Source: Ruditapes philippinarum (taxonomy: Eukaryota). Taken from it: a DNA stretch of 64,000 nucleotides. A model generated the notes under the pieces. The model had not been told where the DNA came from. It ran no database searches and saw only the letters and a program-made list of their open reading frames with translations. The DNA lies in assembly GCF_026571515.1 (NCBI RefSeq), contig NW_026853246.1, positions 1 through 64,000 on the forward strand. The letters run 5' to 3'. The translations under genes were made by a program, and so were the position numbers. Below, piece by piece: positions 1 to 14,114 of the stretch; the first letter of the stretch is position 1, and every line of letters starts with the position of its first letter.

Positions 1-493
1 GGGAGAGAAATTTAGCCAGTGCCAGCTGCCATGTTTAAATTGGCAGCGTGTGGCTAATTGAACATTAAAACGGCTACAACGTAGAAAATAAGTTATTTTA
101 AGTAATATAACCATCGTAAATATTAAAAGGATGAAGTTGTCTGTACATGCAGTGTATGTTTTGATGATTAAAAGTTGATGTCATGAAGTACAGTTAATTA
201 CTTTAGTACTTGAGTAGTTTCCGGATACGGGTTTATTTTCGGACGTAAAATGATGGGCCTGATCGTTACAATATCATTAAGCATAACATATGAAGAAATG
301 TAAATTGCTTAACATTTATACCATGCAAAAAACAGAAAGAGCTTTAAATTATACAATTATTCAATCATTTATCTAAAATTATTTCTTTATGAGGTTCGTC
401 ACTTTATGGTTTACTACTTGTGCTGTAGTTTTCTTTTAACATTTGGCCTGAGGCCTACTTTTCTTGAATAACCGTTAGGCATTGGGCCTTTGA

Positions 494-2051
494 TTATTTG
501 TCAGGCTGCCAGCAATATGCGTTTGAAACCTTGCCATTGGTGTCGTCGAAATGAACATCCGCTTGACATTGTTTCTGAAATTAATTTAAAAAAATCTAGA
601 CGTGATCTGGTCACGAGGAGGAATTCTGAAAGAAATTATACTTTCTATCTATAAGATTTTTATTGTTTTAACGCAACGGTTATTTTCCTGCTGTATTTTC
701 TATAAATATTTTTTAAATTGTGTTATTTCTTATAATTTGATACTTTGTACTGTCAACTTAAGAACAATTGTCTAGGAACGTTTTTACTACATTTATGTGA
801 AGAGCGTGATGTTTCTGCCCTACAACATATAACGCGCATGCGCGAAAAAACCTTATTCCGACCAGTTCACGAATGGCATCGAGGAAAGATTTATATCACA
901 CTATGGAATCATACATGTATTAAATTATGATTAGAAATAGCGATCCATGAAAAAAAGGTTAGTCATTGGTACTAACACTCCACACAATTTTTGAACGATT
1001 TGTATTTACTTGTACACAGTTTGAATGATAATATTTTGCAATGCATTTTAAATGAAGATTTGACCAGCATAAATTATTAAATGGTACAGGAGAAAATGGT
1101 TCTTATAATTAACATATTAGAAAACATACAGAAACATACTTAAAATAATCATAATAAACAAACAAACTTGCACTACATATAAAATATAGTACTATTATAT
1201 AAATAAAAAGAGTAAAATGCTAACATACCAATATGCCATATTGACATCTAGCTTTAAATATAACCCGGTATTCCTCATACGGAACTTTGGTCTGTAGGGA
1301 AAAAAATACTTTTAAAACACAGTATTAATTCGCACTTTTGTAGACATCTTAAGATTACACGGGATAATTCGTGCTGTCTATTTTTATTGTTGCTCTGTAA
1401 AAACAAAGCATTTGGTGACATTGTACATAATTGGCTACTGAGGACGTTAATTATGTACTTACGAAAATAAATACCAATATGCTTCAACAAGTTATAACAT
1501 AATTATTGTAGACTTAAAACGTCTTTTCATTACCAAAATTTATCTTAACAACGATGGTTGCAATTTATTTCTGTTATTTCTGGTAGAAGAAATAAAAATA
1601 GAAATAACATGTTTAAATTTTTGTTATTTATCATAAAATCTGTGCATTACATATAAAAAGACAATGATTCTTATTTCGGTCAAATTATTTTCATTAATAC
1701 ATATACATGTCTTGCCATACTTCATCGTTACAAGGTGGAAAAATACAGTCTTCTGTTGCATATTTATATTTCTAAATTGTCAAAGGGTCAGTTTGCAAAG
1801 AAGTATGCAATTTCATCTTAATTATATAAAGTTTATGTAAGTATTTTATTTTAAAATAAACGTCTTACCTTTACATTTGTCCATGCTTTTAATAGGCTTA
1901 TATATTCAACTTCAAGAAATTTAGCAGCCGTACTTGCAGCTAAAATTGCCCTTTTTAGCGAAACAGCAACTGGTTTCCATATTGTCTCAGGCATACATTC
2001 AACACCAACACCCAATAAACATAGGACGCTTACGAAGATTGCAATTTTCAT
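494..2051 (-). CDS. G1: secreted cystatin-fold-like protein, 108 aa, 3 exons (2051-1869, 1291-1229, 574-494)
   Basis: ATG at 2051; donor AAG|GTAAG at 1869; acceptor CTACAG|ACC at 1291; donor TTG|GTATGT at 1229; acceptor TTTCAG|AAA at 574; TAA at 496-494; both introns phase 0. Spliced: MKIAIFVSVLCLLGVGVECMPETIWKPVAVSLKRAILAASTAAKFLEVEYISLLKAWTNVK/TKVPYEEYRVIFKARCQYGIL/KQCQADVHFDDTNGKVSNAYCWQPDK*. Hydrophobic signal peptide; all three exons paralogous to G2 and G3. Confidence 0.88.
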
Positions 2052-2114
2052 TTTAAAGATAAACGTGTTTAAACTAGGAAAGCTGAATGGAAATTACAAA
2101 AGAAAGGACACATC

Positions 2115-2235
2115 TTTATATACACTTCAGTAATTTGCTGTCATTTCGAATGTCTAATGATGATGTTTATTTCAAAGGTGTAACCATAACTGCCATAACA
2201 GGAATTTTAAATGATTTTAAACAAGGCCTTAACTG
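2115..2235 (-). promoter_or_regulatory. G1 core promoter: TATA box plus conserved upstream motifs
   Basis: TATATAAA on the minus strand at 2122-2115, about 65 bp upstream of the ATG. Plus-strand TGATGTTTAT (2161-2170) and AAATGATTTTAAACAA(A/G)GCCTTAA (~2209-2232) recur upstream of G2, G3 and the relic copies. Confidence 0.6.
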
Positions 2236-2599
2236 TAAGCATAATATTAAATAAAGATCTTATTGTAACTTTTTGAATTAAAAAAACTACTTTAGATCGT
2301 GAAAGATGTCATCAACTATGCTTTTTCTTTTGGAATCAAAACTTTTATTTCATAGATTCGTTGTTTTTCTTTAAATATTTAGGTTTGCAAAACTATATAA
2401 ACTGTCTTTAAAGGGGAAACTTTTAATGATAACAGTTTTTGGCCTTAAATGTTTTATGACCCTTTTGTTGAAATGGTTTAGCATTCGCGAAAATAATATA
2501 ATTTTTACCGTCAAAGTCTGATACTTAGAATAAACACATTGTGTTTTAAAAGCAATTGCACGGAATGACAACGGAAATCATTTTGTTAATTTTTTTTGG

Positions 2600-2960
2600 T
2601 TCTCAGTAAAGTCTAAACGTTTGGTGGCTTAGTACATAATGGACTAAATAAGATCAAGATTAATAAAAAAAACCCAAGAAATACGGATCTAATTTATTCA
2701 TATATAAAATGGATGCCACATTGTACAAGGCATGGAATCAATAGCACACTCAATAAACAAACAGTGGTTACAAAAAGTGTTTGTTTCATTTTCCAAACAA
2801 TTTTCTTACAATAACAAAGCCAACTTTAGATGATTCTAGAAGGACTTCTATTTATATGTAGCCTAGCAAATTCGCTGACATATTGAATTTGTTAATTTAT
2901 ATGATGTTTATGTCCTAAGAATTTTCAAATCTTTTTAAACAAAGCCTTCATTGCCAACTT
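2600..2960 (-). pseudogene. Decayed exon 1 plus promoter of a G1-like paralog
   Basis: ATG at 2789 reads MKQTLFVTTVCLLSV; after a 1-nt deletion it continues AIDSMPCTMWHP then a stop, compared with G1 GVECMPETIWKP. It has its own TATAAATA (2856-2849) and the same TGATGTTTAT and TTTAAACAAAGCCTT upstream motifs. Confidence 0.75.
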
Positions 2961-5900
2961 AACGTGAAATATACATTGTTGTTAATATTTGAAACCTGCT
3001 AAATTTGAATGATGTGGAGACACTTATCTTGTCAGGTTTAAATATTTGTACTTTTGTTTAAATTTCAAATCATGTAAATATCTGTACTGTCTTTATAGTT
3101 GTATTTTATCATTGAATTTCGGATTTTCATCATTTCACAGTGAACTAATAAAGATAATGTTCACAGAAGCCGGATATTTGAATGCAGTTGAAAATAACGT
3201 AAGTGGAAATATCGTCAGAAATACACTCTGTCGTCCGAAACAGTGCAATTGATTACAAAAAAGCACAAATATTTGCATATATGATGCAAAAACATTTAAC
3301 AAAATTTTTGAAATTTTACATAATTATTTTTCAACAAGAATAATATGACATTAATGATTTGTTGACATCAATGAGAGTGGATGCCATTATGTAGCAAACA
3401 TTTGTAAATCAGGCTGAAAACCATAAAAACATGAAATAAAGAGAAAATATGTTTGCTTTATATCTGGGTTTCACACGGAAAATTATTATATAATTCAAAT
3501 TATATACATGCACTATAATCTTATTCAGTGGGAATTGTACTTTTCGGGCGTTCTTTCAAGTTTCATTTATATTTGACTTACCCTCTAACTGTCCCCTTAT
3601 TTATGGCGCCTAAATGTTCGATCCAATCATTTGTTTGGTGTTCGATGACCATATTAGTTGACTTAATGTTGTTCCGGGCCACGTGCAACAGAAACAGACG
3701 ACATTTTGAAGGCAATTTAACAAGAAAAAATCAAAAACATCTACAACACATATATTTACTTATCGTTACGATGTTATTCCATAACATACCCGTCGTCAGT
3801 CTAGTAATATATTCGAGAAACAATTGACGGAAGTATCCGTTTGGAAACTAGCCAAACATAAATCAGATAGGAATACATAATGTTCATCAGATACCGTCTC
3901 TTAACGCCACATTCGGTCTACTCTTGGGACCAATTTAATTTTGTATAATACGTACTAATAAATTTTAACCAGCTTAGTGTTTCAAATTATTTTTATAAAC
4001 AGTCGACTTACTAGACTGATAAACAGTTTGCCGATTTACCAAAGTAAATGTGTATCGATTTATTTGAAATGCTGCAAAACTATTGTACGAAAAATAATTT
4101 TGAACACTAAATGTTTATTAAACAAGTATTAGCATTTCCAAAAAAGCTTGGAATCGCCGTTCAGCCATGAATATAGAAATAATATTTTCCTTTTTTGCCT
4201 AATACTTTTTTGTATGTGTTCAACACATAAAGCCAACACAAATACTTGATTTACTCTGCCATTCCGTTCTTGTCAAAACATCTTGACGCGCTCAGCTAGA
4301 TTCTGCTGGAGATACTCAGTATTGCCATAGAGAAAAATATCACACTAACTTGACGCGCAGTACAATAAGTAAGACTAGATGCGCTACTTAATAAGTACGT
4401 GCATCAATCGACAAAAAGAATTAGCTTCTTGCGTAATTAACAACACTTACTTGCTACACATTAAAATTGATGTCTGTGAACATGCTATAAAAGGAAATTA
4501 CGTTATATATTCCGTCGACTGCTTTGCGAAGTCTTTTTCTTAAACGGACTATAACTAACCTGCTATATGCGATAATGATGCAATTACAACACTCATAGTA
4601 TTAAACTTGCCCAAGAGAAAGCATTTATAAGGTTTTCTTCTTTGAAAGAAAACAAAATATACTCTTTTTAAGGCTACATTCTCTAATCAGAAATGACATG
4701 TAGCAAAAAATATTGCAATTTGCTGTGTTTATCCTGCAAGAGACTAAAGACTGGTACTGAGTTCGTACAATGATAATGATAATTTTCAGTTGTACGAATA
4801 AGTTACCCGACAAAACATGGAGGTTGGGCGAGTCCATTTAAGCATCCCTCATTGAAGTTTTTTATGTCCATTTTGTTATCATGTGATAATGAATTATTCA
4901 ATTTGGCTAAAGGCTGGCGGTGTACAGGCAGAACTGTTCAAATCTTGTTAATTGTATAGGAACGGCGATAATTACATTGATATTCTATGTAACAAATCTT
5001 TTAAGAACGGCGATTAGCTTATGAAATCAACATTATGTTAATGTTTAAAAATTTTATAAAATATTTCATCAGATATATGTTTTTATACACTTTAAAGCTA
5101 TTAATAAACAAATCCATAATAATGGCCGAGTCTATTGCTTGACTGTTTTGTAATTAAATGTAAAAAGTACTTTGTTGTGTCTCTGAATTTAGATTCAGCT
5201 TCAAAACTAACTTGCGAGTGATAAGGAATCGTAAAACGTTTGATTGTGATGAATATTAAGAACATTGCAGCTTGCTTGAAAAATAGAATATGATAAAAAC
5301 ATTGATTTTCAATTGTATTGTTTATGATGAACATGAATTCTTTGATTTATGTGACACATTAATAAGATTGTTTTGAAACTTCGGTAAACCAGGGTATACA
5401 CATTTTTCATTTGGTAAAACAAAAAGTAACACAGATGTACCTGTGGTTCTGAAAGTATAACAGATTTTATTTGTTTGGGTCGTCAGAGGTTTCGAGTTCA
5501 AATCCCAGTTAAGGCAATTCTTGTTTTTTTTAATTGTTTAAGCCAAATAAACATTGAATTCAATATCAGTGTTGTAATTAGTCTTATAACTAATTTGCTA
5601 CAGTTGTAACACTGGAAATAGCATTAGTGGCACTATACAGAAACAAATTGGTTTATAATCTCACAACCTTCACCTTTCTGACATTCTGAGACCCAAACAA
5701 ATTCAGCGCCTTCTGTGCTTTGATTGTTTAAAGACTGGCTAATCAAACTTGTGTTTATCAAATTACTTGAATTTTATTGCGTGATCGAAACTTTCAAATT
5801 ATTGATAAGTGCAGATTCTATAATTTATGTAAAGGATATTCTTTTTGTTGCATATGATCACTTGAATATTCATCTATTTATTCAAGTGAAGATAATAGTG

Positions 5901-6535
5901 GTATCCATATTTTGAATACAAATTAAATTAGATTTAACATAAATTTTCCTTATACAAAATTATTTCCTGTGGAAGATTCTCCAAATATGAACAATTATTT
6001 ATTTATCATCTAGAACACATTGATGAGGTTTTTAATCTGCTATTTAAAGATATGTGACATCGTTACTTACGAACAATCATCATATGTACATCTTTCGTGT
6101 TGTGTTGTCGTGTATGATGTTACACGCTATCAACGTACTAAGTATAGAGGGTATAACATACCTTCCATTATAGTCAACATCACTTTAAAGACAAAATTTA
6201 ATATTGTAATTGAGGACGAGTATAATTTGTCTTTGAATGTTCATTGTGTAACAACATAAGGTATATTTATGTTAAATATATCATGATTAAGAACCGATTC
6301 TCTCATAGTTTTATTTTCTCATGTTATCAACAATAGTAGGAAAAAGAAATTTAAATTCTTTAAAATTTATTTATACTGTGCAAAGATATAAGAGAAGAAA
6401 AACTTGATATAGTTTAAATTTTGAATTATTTAATCCTTTAAATTATTTTTGCAGTTCGTCACTTCTGTTTAATTGTATTGGTGTTTTGTGTTTGTCCGAC
6501 CAGTGGCCTATATTTCTTGAAACAAAAGCACTAAT

Positions 6536-8663
6536 TCAATATGCGTTGTTTTGTGCTTTTGCTTCCTCGATAGCCTGCCAGCAGGATGCGTTGTAAACCT
6601 TACTGGTGGGGCCGTGAAAATACACATCCGCTTGACATTGTTTCTGAAATTAATGTAAAAGCTATATATATCTTGCCATGGTGTAAAAGTTGTTTAAGAA
6701 GACAAATTACATGTTCATTTATGTCGTTACTATGGGATCTTGTATTAATTATTTACCGAGAAACAAAATTAGCTCAAACAATCCAAGAAACGAAATATAC
6801 TGTATCAGAACCAAAATGTTTTACTTTGTAAAGAAAGACACCTGAAATAATTTATTAATGTTGCTCGACAGATAACAAAAACATAACTTATCAATGAATA
6901 ATTGTATATTGTGTACTCACTTGTTACGCAAAAAAAGTGATAATAGGTCAAACAGTATTATGCTTTATATCATACCATGAATTCATACATGATATTACAA
7001 ATATGCATATCCATAAAGAGAAATGGTAAGTAATTTGTATAGATAATATTCCATAAAATAGTTCAATGACGATTTGTAAAATAGAAATAATAACGGGAAA
7101 TAATAGTGCGGGATATGATGGTTCTTTGTTTTTAAGCAGAACTCATAGATAATCATTCTATGCTAGATTGATGATAGCATGTCATTATATAACCCTAAAT
7201 CCAACAAATAAACCAACAAACTTTCACTACATATGAAATATAATACAATTAACAATACTTGAGAGGTAACTTTAAACATACCAATATGCCATACTGACAT
7301 CTAGCTTTGAATATGACCCGGTATTCCTCTAGTGGATATTGAACCTGTAGAAGAAAAAATGATTTAAGTTTAAAATAAAATACTATTTCGTTCTTGAGTA
7401 CAAACTTTAACATGATGGGTATGGAACTTGAAGAAAAGTTTCCATGCCTAAGAGGTTGATCTTTTGGGTGGAAATATTCGCTCAACGTAAAAGTTTCACA
7501 ATTCGACTTTATTGTACCTTTGTTAGCGCAATGCGTTTGCACACTTGGTATGTTATGATAAGAAACTCTTTTTCCAATACAAATACTTGATTATCTAGTT
7601 TAACTCTTAACTTGCTCAAAATCTAAAATCTACTGGACAAACTTGTTCATTGTTGTTTAAGAAATATACAAACGGGTTGTAACTGACTGAGTAGTTAACA
7701 GTGCAGACTCGGATCAGACGGAACAAACAATTGTATCAGTTACGGTAAGCAGCTTAACAGATAAACGTTTTAACAAAACAAATACAAAGAGAAAATATAT
7801 GTTAACTATGTACTTATGGATATAATTGGTACTAACTTGCTTCATGACAGATATTTAATATGGTAGACAATAATTGTTATATTTTTCAAACGTCTTTTCA
7901 TTACCTTATTATATTTTTCAAACGTCTTTTCATTACCAAAAATCATCTTGAAAACAATTGTAGCAATATTTTAATGTACTGAACGATATAACAATTAAGA
8001 AATGAGAATTTTAAAGTCTTGACTTTTATCATAAGAGAACTGTACGATACAAACCGAAAATGGTCGATATTTTGGTGTTATGATCTTTTAAAAGACATAT
8101 GAGCTGCGCAACGGCAAAAACCAACATAGTTCGTTTGCGACCAGCATGGATCCAGAAAAATCTGCGCATCCACAAAGTCTGATCAGGATCATTGCTGTTT
8201 GCCTACAAACTCTATTACAAGAAGAGAAACTAATAGTGTAAATCATTGATCTTGATCCACGCACTATGCTGGCTTTTGTCAAGACACGGTTCATATATGT
8301 TTGCCATACATAAAAGTTATTGTTACCAAGTGAAAATTATTACACTCCTTCTATAACATATGCATATTTCTATATTGCAAAAATGTCAGTTTGTAAACAC
8401 GTATGCAATTTTATCTAATTTATATGTTGCAGTGTTTTATGATCAAAAAGACTTACCAGCACATTTTCCCAAGCTTGTAACAGGCGAATATAGTCAACTT
8501 CTAGATGTTTAGCAGCCGTACTTGCAGCTAAAATTGCCCTTTTATGCAAAACAGAAACTGGTTGCCATTTTGTCGTCGGAGGAGGTACCGGTGGAGGTAC
8601 CGGTGACGATTCAACACCAACACTCAATATATAGAGGACACTTACGAAAAGTGCTAGTTTCAT
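6536..8663 (-). CDS. G2: secreted cystatin-fold-like protein, 125 aa, 3 exons (8663-8457, 7344-7282, 6643-6536)
   Basis: Canonical phase-0 GT-AG junctions at positions homologous to G1. Spliced: MKLALFVSVLYILSVGVESSPVPPPVPPPTTKWQPVSVLHKRAILAASTAAKHLEVDYIRLLQAWENVL/VQYPLEEYRVIFKARCQYGIL/KQCQADVYFHGPTSKVYNASCWQAIEEAKAQNNAY*. TATA-like CATATAAA at 8732-8725. Confidence 0.88.
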
Positions 8664-9815
8664 TTTCAAATTAAAACTGTTCAACAGGAAAATCTGAATT
8701 GCAATGATTCGTGAAGAACTTCTGTTTATATGCAGCTCAGCGAATTCTCTGACAACTTGAATGCATTAAATAATGATGTTTATTTCTTTCTAAGGTGTAA
8801 CAAGAACTGCCAAATAGCAATTTCAAATGATTTTAAACAAAGCCTTAATTGTAAACCCAAAATGAATTTAAGATATTGTTGTCATTATCTGAAATTTTAA
8901 GTATCTGTCAAAGACCGCGTAGAACATTATAATGATAAATTTGCATAACTTATTAAATGTTGAACATTTCATTCTTTGAGAATAAGAAACTCTTGTTTTG
9001 TTTTATATATTCGCACATTTCTTTCAATGCTAAATTTCTAAAAAAAAAAAACTATATCTGCACTGTCTTTGTATGAAATTCTCTTAACAATAACAATTCT
9101 TTTCCTCGAATATTTTACACGTTTTCTATCTCTTACAGTGACATTATGTCCATAAAAGTGTCAATGGTAAATGTCATTGAAATAACTTAACATTTTGTAA
9201 TATTTGCTTTTAACTGTATAATTTACTACACCTGAAAAAATAAAATAATTATAAGCACATGACAAACAAAAGCAAATTTAGATGCCCTTGAGAATTTATC
9301 GGTAGCATTCATTTTTATTAAAAGATTGCGGACAGTCATGTTTATAATTAAGGCAGTTTATCCAAAATATTTGTCAATATTTTGGTCAATCGCCATAACA
9401 ACAGGCAATCCTTTGAAAATATAATCAATTTTGTCCAAATTGATTAAAATTAGCATAATGTCATAATGTTATTATATCTATATCATTTGTAGAAGAAGAA
9501 TACAATACATTGCAATGATTTGTATATAGAGAACAACGTTTTTAAAATCGATGAAAGATTCATAATTATTTACAGTAACTGTTCTATTATAAAACCTTTA
9601 AAAGACTAAAATCATGACTCGAATTTAAATACAGTATATAGAAGTTAAAACAAACAGTGTAAATAGAAAATGTTAAAATGTAATAAAAATATCATCTACA
9701 AGTTGTTTACAAAGTCATCACCTATCTTAATTACGATTTTTCTTCGGGCGTATAAAATGGTAATAAGTATTACAATCAAAACAAAGCTCCACCCGAGTAT
9801 CGAGCCTTGAACTGC

Positions 9816-9915
9816 TTGCACACAAGGACAGTTTAGGTATTTGTAAACTACTATTCCACCTGAATTGCACACAAGGACAGTTTAGGTATTTGTAAACTAC
9901 TATTCCACCTGAATT
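9816..9915. repeat. 49-bp perfect tandem duplication
   Basis: TTGCACACAAGGACAGTTTAGGTATTTGTAAACTACTATTCCACCTGAA occurs at 9816 and 9865; the paralogous G3 flank (~19725) has a single copy. Confidence 0.9.
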
Positions 9916-10915
9916 AAACGTTACAAATTATTTGTAAATAATAGGAAAGTTTATGCGAAAAAAGAGATTAAAAGTTCTCCGTCTTCCATTACAAATCGCT
10001 TTTGACTGTAAAACATTGTTTTAGATTTAAACTGCAATGAGTCTGTTCTTCACGCTGGTCAGGTCTGCAAATATACTTTCATCTCTTTTCCTCTTTTTTT
10101 CTTTTTTGCAGAGAATCACTAAGAGTAGATAGGCTCCAATATTTTTCTCCTTGTTATTTATAAGAAAAGGTCACTATTCCGAAGTCGTCTGAAACTAAGT
10201 ATTATCGTATCCACTCGTGGTTTCCTGTTGCAAACAACTGAGTATTTTTCGGCCAAAAAATAACAATTCTTTATATACCCGGTTGAATCATTGCAACAAG
10301 ACAATGTCTATCACTGAATAAAAGTACTGTCGTCCTGATAAGCACTAATTGGAGATGTAATAATGGTCATTATGCCCCAGAAGTACAATTTATTTTACAA
10401 AAACAAATATTTTATTGTTTTGGGTGTTCTGATTATTGTTTCAAAAAACGTTACTGGCTGGCAAATTATATTTTTATTTTATTTTAAAAAATATAGCAAC
10501 ATTTGTGTTCCTTACTTTTTAGACAAAATAAAAAAACAGGCGTTTGTTCTGGTTACAAATGTAAATACAGCAAAATAAAAATATAGTTAAAAAAAATAGA
10601 ATAAAAAATAAAAATAAAAAAGGTTTGATTTAAACTTTGTATATTTGAATCTTAGAAAATAATAACTTAGCAAGCAGCATTGTAACATAACATTTGTTTC
10701 TGAGTTAAGAGAGACATTGGTGGATGATAGTTCGGAAATTACCTGCAGATGACTGATGCTGGATAATAACTTTTGGTGGAACAAATGAGATTATTATATA
10801 ATGTTAGGAATTATCTTTTTTTCTTCTTTATTGTAAATCTTTATAGTTTCAGAATTGAAGACAATCAACTTGGAAGAGAACATATTTTAAAAGAAAACAA
10901 AATAAAAGGATCCCC

Positions 10916-11253
10916 GAGCTCGTTTTTAATTTAACATCCGATGAAATTGTGAATGTTTTTTTGTTATTGCAGGAAATTACAAAGGGCAAATAACTTATAC
11001 ATTAGTCTTACAAATTCCTAACTTGTAATACGCATAAATTAATGTCTTCATTTTATTCTTTGGCCACAATACAAATTTTCATGAGAGCTCGTTTTTAATT
11101 TAACATCCGATGAAATTGTGATTTTTTTTGTTATTGCAGGAAATTACAAAGGGCAAATAACTTATACATTAGTCTTACAAATTCCTAACTTGTAATACGC
11201 ATAAATTAATGTCTCCATTTTATTCTTTGGCCACAATACAAGTTTTCATGAGA
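10916..11253. repeat. ~169-bp near-perfect tandem duplication
   Basis: GAGCTCGTTTTTAATTTAACATCCGATG...TTTTCATGAG starts at 10916 and again at 11085. Confidence 0.9.
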
Positions 11254-11809
11254 TTCCTTTCAGTAAAAGTAAAAAGACTAAAATGTTGTTAAAATATGAA
11301 AATGTTTAGAAGTAAAAAAGAAAAAATAAACAAACTACTATTTTCTATTCTTGAAATTTTGCATAATTACTGAAAAGAATCTCAGCAAATATATAAAAAT
11401 TGTAAGAAAATGAGCATAGCTCTAAATAAAGAAGAAGAAATATTGCATAATCACCCAACAGAATGTCGGCTATGTTTTAAGCATAAAAAACATAACAATT
11501 GTGAATTTCCTATCTGTGGCATTCCGCATAATTTTCGAATTCAAAGGCTGATAACTCAAAAATAATGTTGGTGAATTCTAATGTTTAAATAAAGTCTATT
11601 ATACTGTTCTTATTCTGAAATATGTCTATATGTAACCGATACATAAGATGTTACATGTTACAATTCTTCACAGAAACTGTAAAATACTGTTATCAGCTTG
11701 TTTTACTACTTTTATTTACAAAAACAATCATATTAAATATATGTATAAAAGTCCGTATGCAAACAAGTTTGCAATTTAATATGAATTATATTGAGTATTT
11801 GTGTTTTAT

Positions 11810-12300
11810 TGTGTACTACAGCAGCGAAAGAACAAAGGACGATTGTGAAATTTGCTGGTTCTTTTTCAAAATGAAAGTCTTCTATTTACATGAATCCTTT
11901 CAAATTTGGTGACAGATTGAATGTTTGTAATGTTATGAAATATGGTAAACAAGATCAACAAGGAAAGTTTATGTATCGGGAATTTCAAATGATTCTAAAC
12001 AAAGCCTTAATTGTTAACCAAATGTGAAATAATTATAATGATACATTTGCATAACTCATGAAATGCCTATTATTGTACAATTATCTGTATTTTATTTTGT
12101 CTGTTTTGAATATTTGTACTTTTCCTTTAACTTTCAGTACTTGAAAATGCATGCACTGTCTTTATAGAAGAACTATATGACAATAAAATGAAACAGTCGT
12201 GTATATTTTATAATTTAATTATTTCCTCTTCAAGCGCGATATTATGTCCATCAAAGTGTAAATAGCGAATGTCAAAGTAAAAATAATTAATATTTTAGGA
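11810..12300 (-). pseudogene. Highly decayed exon-1 start and upstream region of another family copy
   Basis: Minus-strand TTTGAAAAAGAACCAGCAAATTTCACAATCGTCCTTTGT aligns to the G2 start TTTGAAAATGAAACTAGCACTTTTCGTAAGTGTCCTCTAT (ATG>AAG plus a 1-nt deletion). The family upstream motif AATTTCAAATGATTCTAAACAAAGCCTTAATTGT lies at ~11981-12014. Confidence 0.55.
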
Positions 12301-12983
12301 CTGTACAAATATTAAACAAATTTAACCAATTACTTCTATTCTATGTGCTTATAATTTCACAAGATACAACGTGACAAGGACATCTCCACAAACGACTTTT
12401 ATGAGAAACAACAAAAGTTGTTTTCTTAGAAAAGTTCAGGTTGAAAATCATTTGATTTATAAAACACGTACTATCAAATTTGAATATTTACAGTACATCA
12501 ATTATAAAAGTAAACGAAAGCTGTTAGATAATTCTATGATAGATATTAAACAATTCTGGAATATATTTTAAAAAATGGATTTTTTTAAAGAAAATGTACA
12601 TTCTTTAATAATCTATAATGAAGGTTTGATTATTTATGGTGATTCTATTAATGCACTGTTCTTGGTCCATGTAAAGTATAATAGCTTCAATTAACGTCCC
12701 TTTATCTTTCTTAAAAATCAAACAAAGTATAGACCATTTACGTGCAACTAGATCTGGGTTTGATTGTGTTTACTTTCAATGTGCAGACGTGCAATTTGTA
12801 TGATTTACCGTTTTAAGGCTTTTTTTGTAGTAAAGGGTTTGTAATTGGTATTTTTCAAAGATTAAAATAAAAAAAAATATTTTTTAATACTCTATTTTAT
12901 TTGATTTACAAGTGCTTATCAAAGAAACAGGGTATTTTCTATTATTTCGATGTGTATCTTTTCAGTAATTTCTTGCTCTTAAA

Positions 12984-13372
12984 TAGGGTCTTTCAAATAG
13001 AATGGTCTGGAGTCGTACCAAATTTACGAAAAAAGTTGTCTCCGCTGAGTCAAGTGTTTATCAACCGACCGTGATCTGGCACTATACATCACAGTTGAAA
13101 ATCAAATTATAAACTAACTTTTTGTTACGTCAATCAAAATATTACTGAAAACTAATCCTGGGTGCATTATACTAACAGTTTTTACTTTTAAAAGTATTTT
13201 TTTTATGGATTTGCAAAGAAATAAGAAATTTATCGTTCCTGGTGTCAAAGTAAAAATCTACTGCTATTATTTGAAAATAGGTCCAAGTTTCATAGGCTTT
13301 TTTTTATTCTATGCAATGTTCAATGACACAATAGAAATTGATTTTACAGACCATTCTATTTGAAAGACCCTG
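12984..13372. mobile_element. MITE with 25-bp perfect terminal inverted repeats (Tc1/mariner-like ends)
   Basis: AGGGTCTTTCAAATAGAATGGTCTG at 12985 and its reverse complement CAGACCATTCTATTTGAAAGACCCT ending at 13371; no ORF. Confidence 0.8.
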
Positions 13373-13928
13373 TCTAAAACAATTTATTATCTGCTATATA
13401 TAGATACGTAATACCGTATCATATGTCTAACACACAATGTATACTTCTTTCTGGGTATTTTGTCTTGTATAATGTTAAAGCTATCAGCGAAGGTATAAAT
13501 GGTATAACAGACATTCCATTGTTGTCAAACTCACTTTAACGCAAATGTTATTGTTATTGAGGACGAGTATCATTTATCTTGATTATATAATTTTAATTTC
13601 TCGTGTTATCAACAATAACAGAAAATAGAAGTATAAATTGACGTTTTGTCTGTTGTAAATAGAAAATACAGACTTTAGTAATTGTGTAATATATTTTAAG
13701 AAATTAACGATGGTTGTTTTGGTAATTAGAGATATTTAACAATTTCTTTTTATCTTTTAACTTAGATTGTACGATATAAAGATTTACGGTATAAGGAAAA
13801 AATTCAGTTCCAAAAATGACATTGATTATAAGATTTTTTTTATCATTACTGAAATCAAATGTAATCAACATAAACAACAAACTTGGGTATACAGTTTCCA
13901 TATTAAATCGGATATTTTAACTTGCTTA

Positions 13929-14018
13929 TTACGTCAAAAATATTATTAAGTAGAGACGCCTATAATAGGCGTGGATTTGCATGAACACAGCCTTCAAAGT
14001 GTCATCAAAATGACATTT
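13929..14018 (-). pseudogene. Orphan copy of the candidate G4 terminal exon
   Basis: CATCAG|AAA...TAA reads KCHFDDTLKAVFMQIHAYYRRLYLIIFLT*. It lies in a block (~13640-14115) paralogous to 20350-20780 plus 24127-24162. No exon 1 or 2 was found between it and G3. Confidence 0.4.
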
Positions 14019-14114
14019 CTGATGAAACATTGTTTCTTTATTTTAACATTATCTCCATTTTGTTCTGTTGAAGAAAACCAGACAAAATTTACAACTAAAA
14101 ACGTTTAACCTATT

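Larger units (their letters stand above)
6230..10350. repeat. Segmental duplication unit carrying G2, paralogous to ~16280-20350 carrying G3
   Basis: Introns, 3' flank and more than 1.5 kb of 5' flank align colinearly by eye, e.g. 8690-9450 vs 18630-19370 and 7190-7350 vs 17255-17415. Confidence 0.85.
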
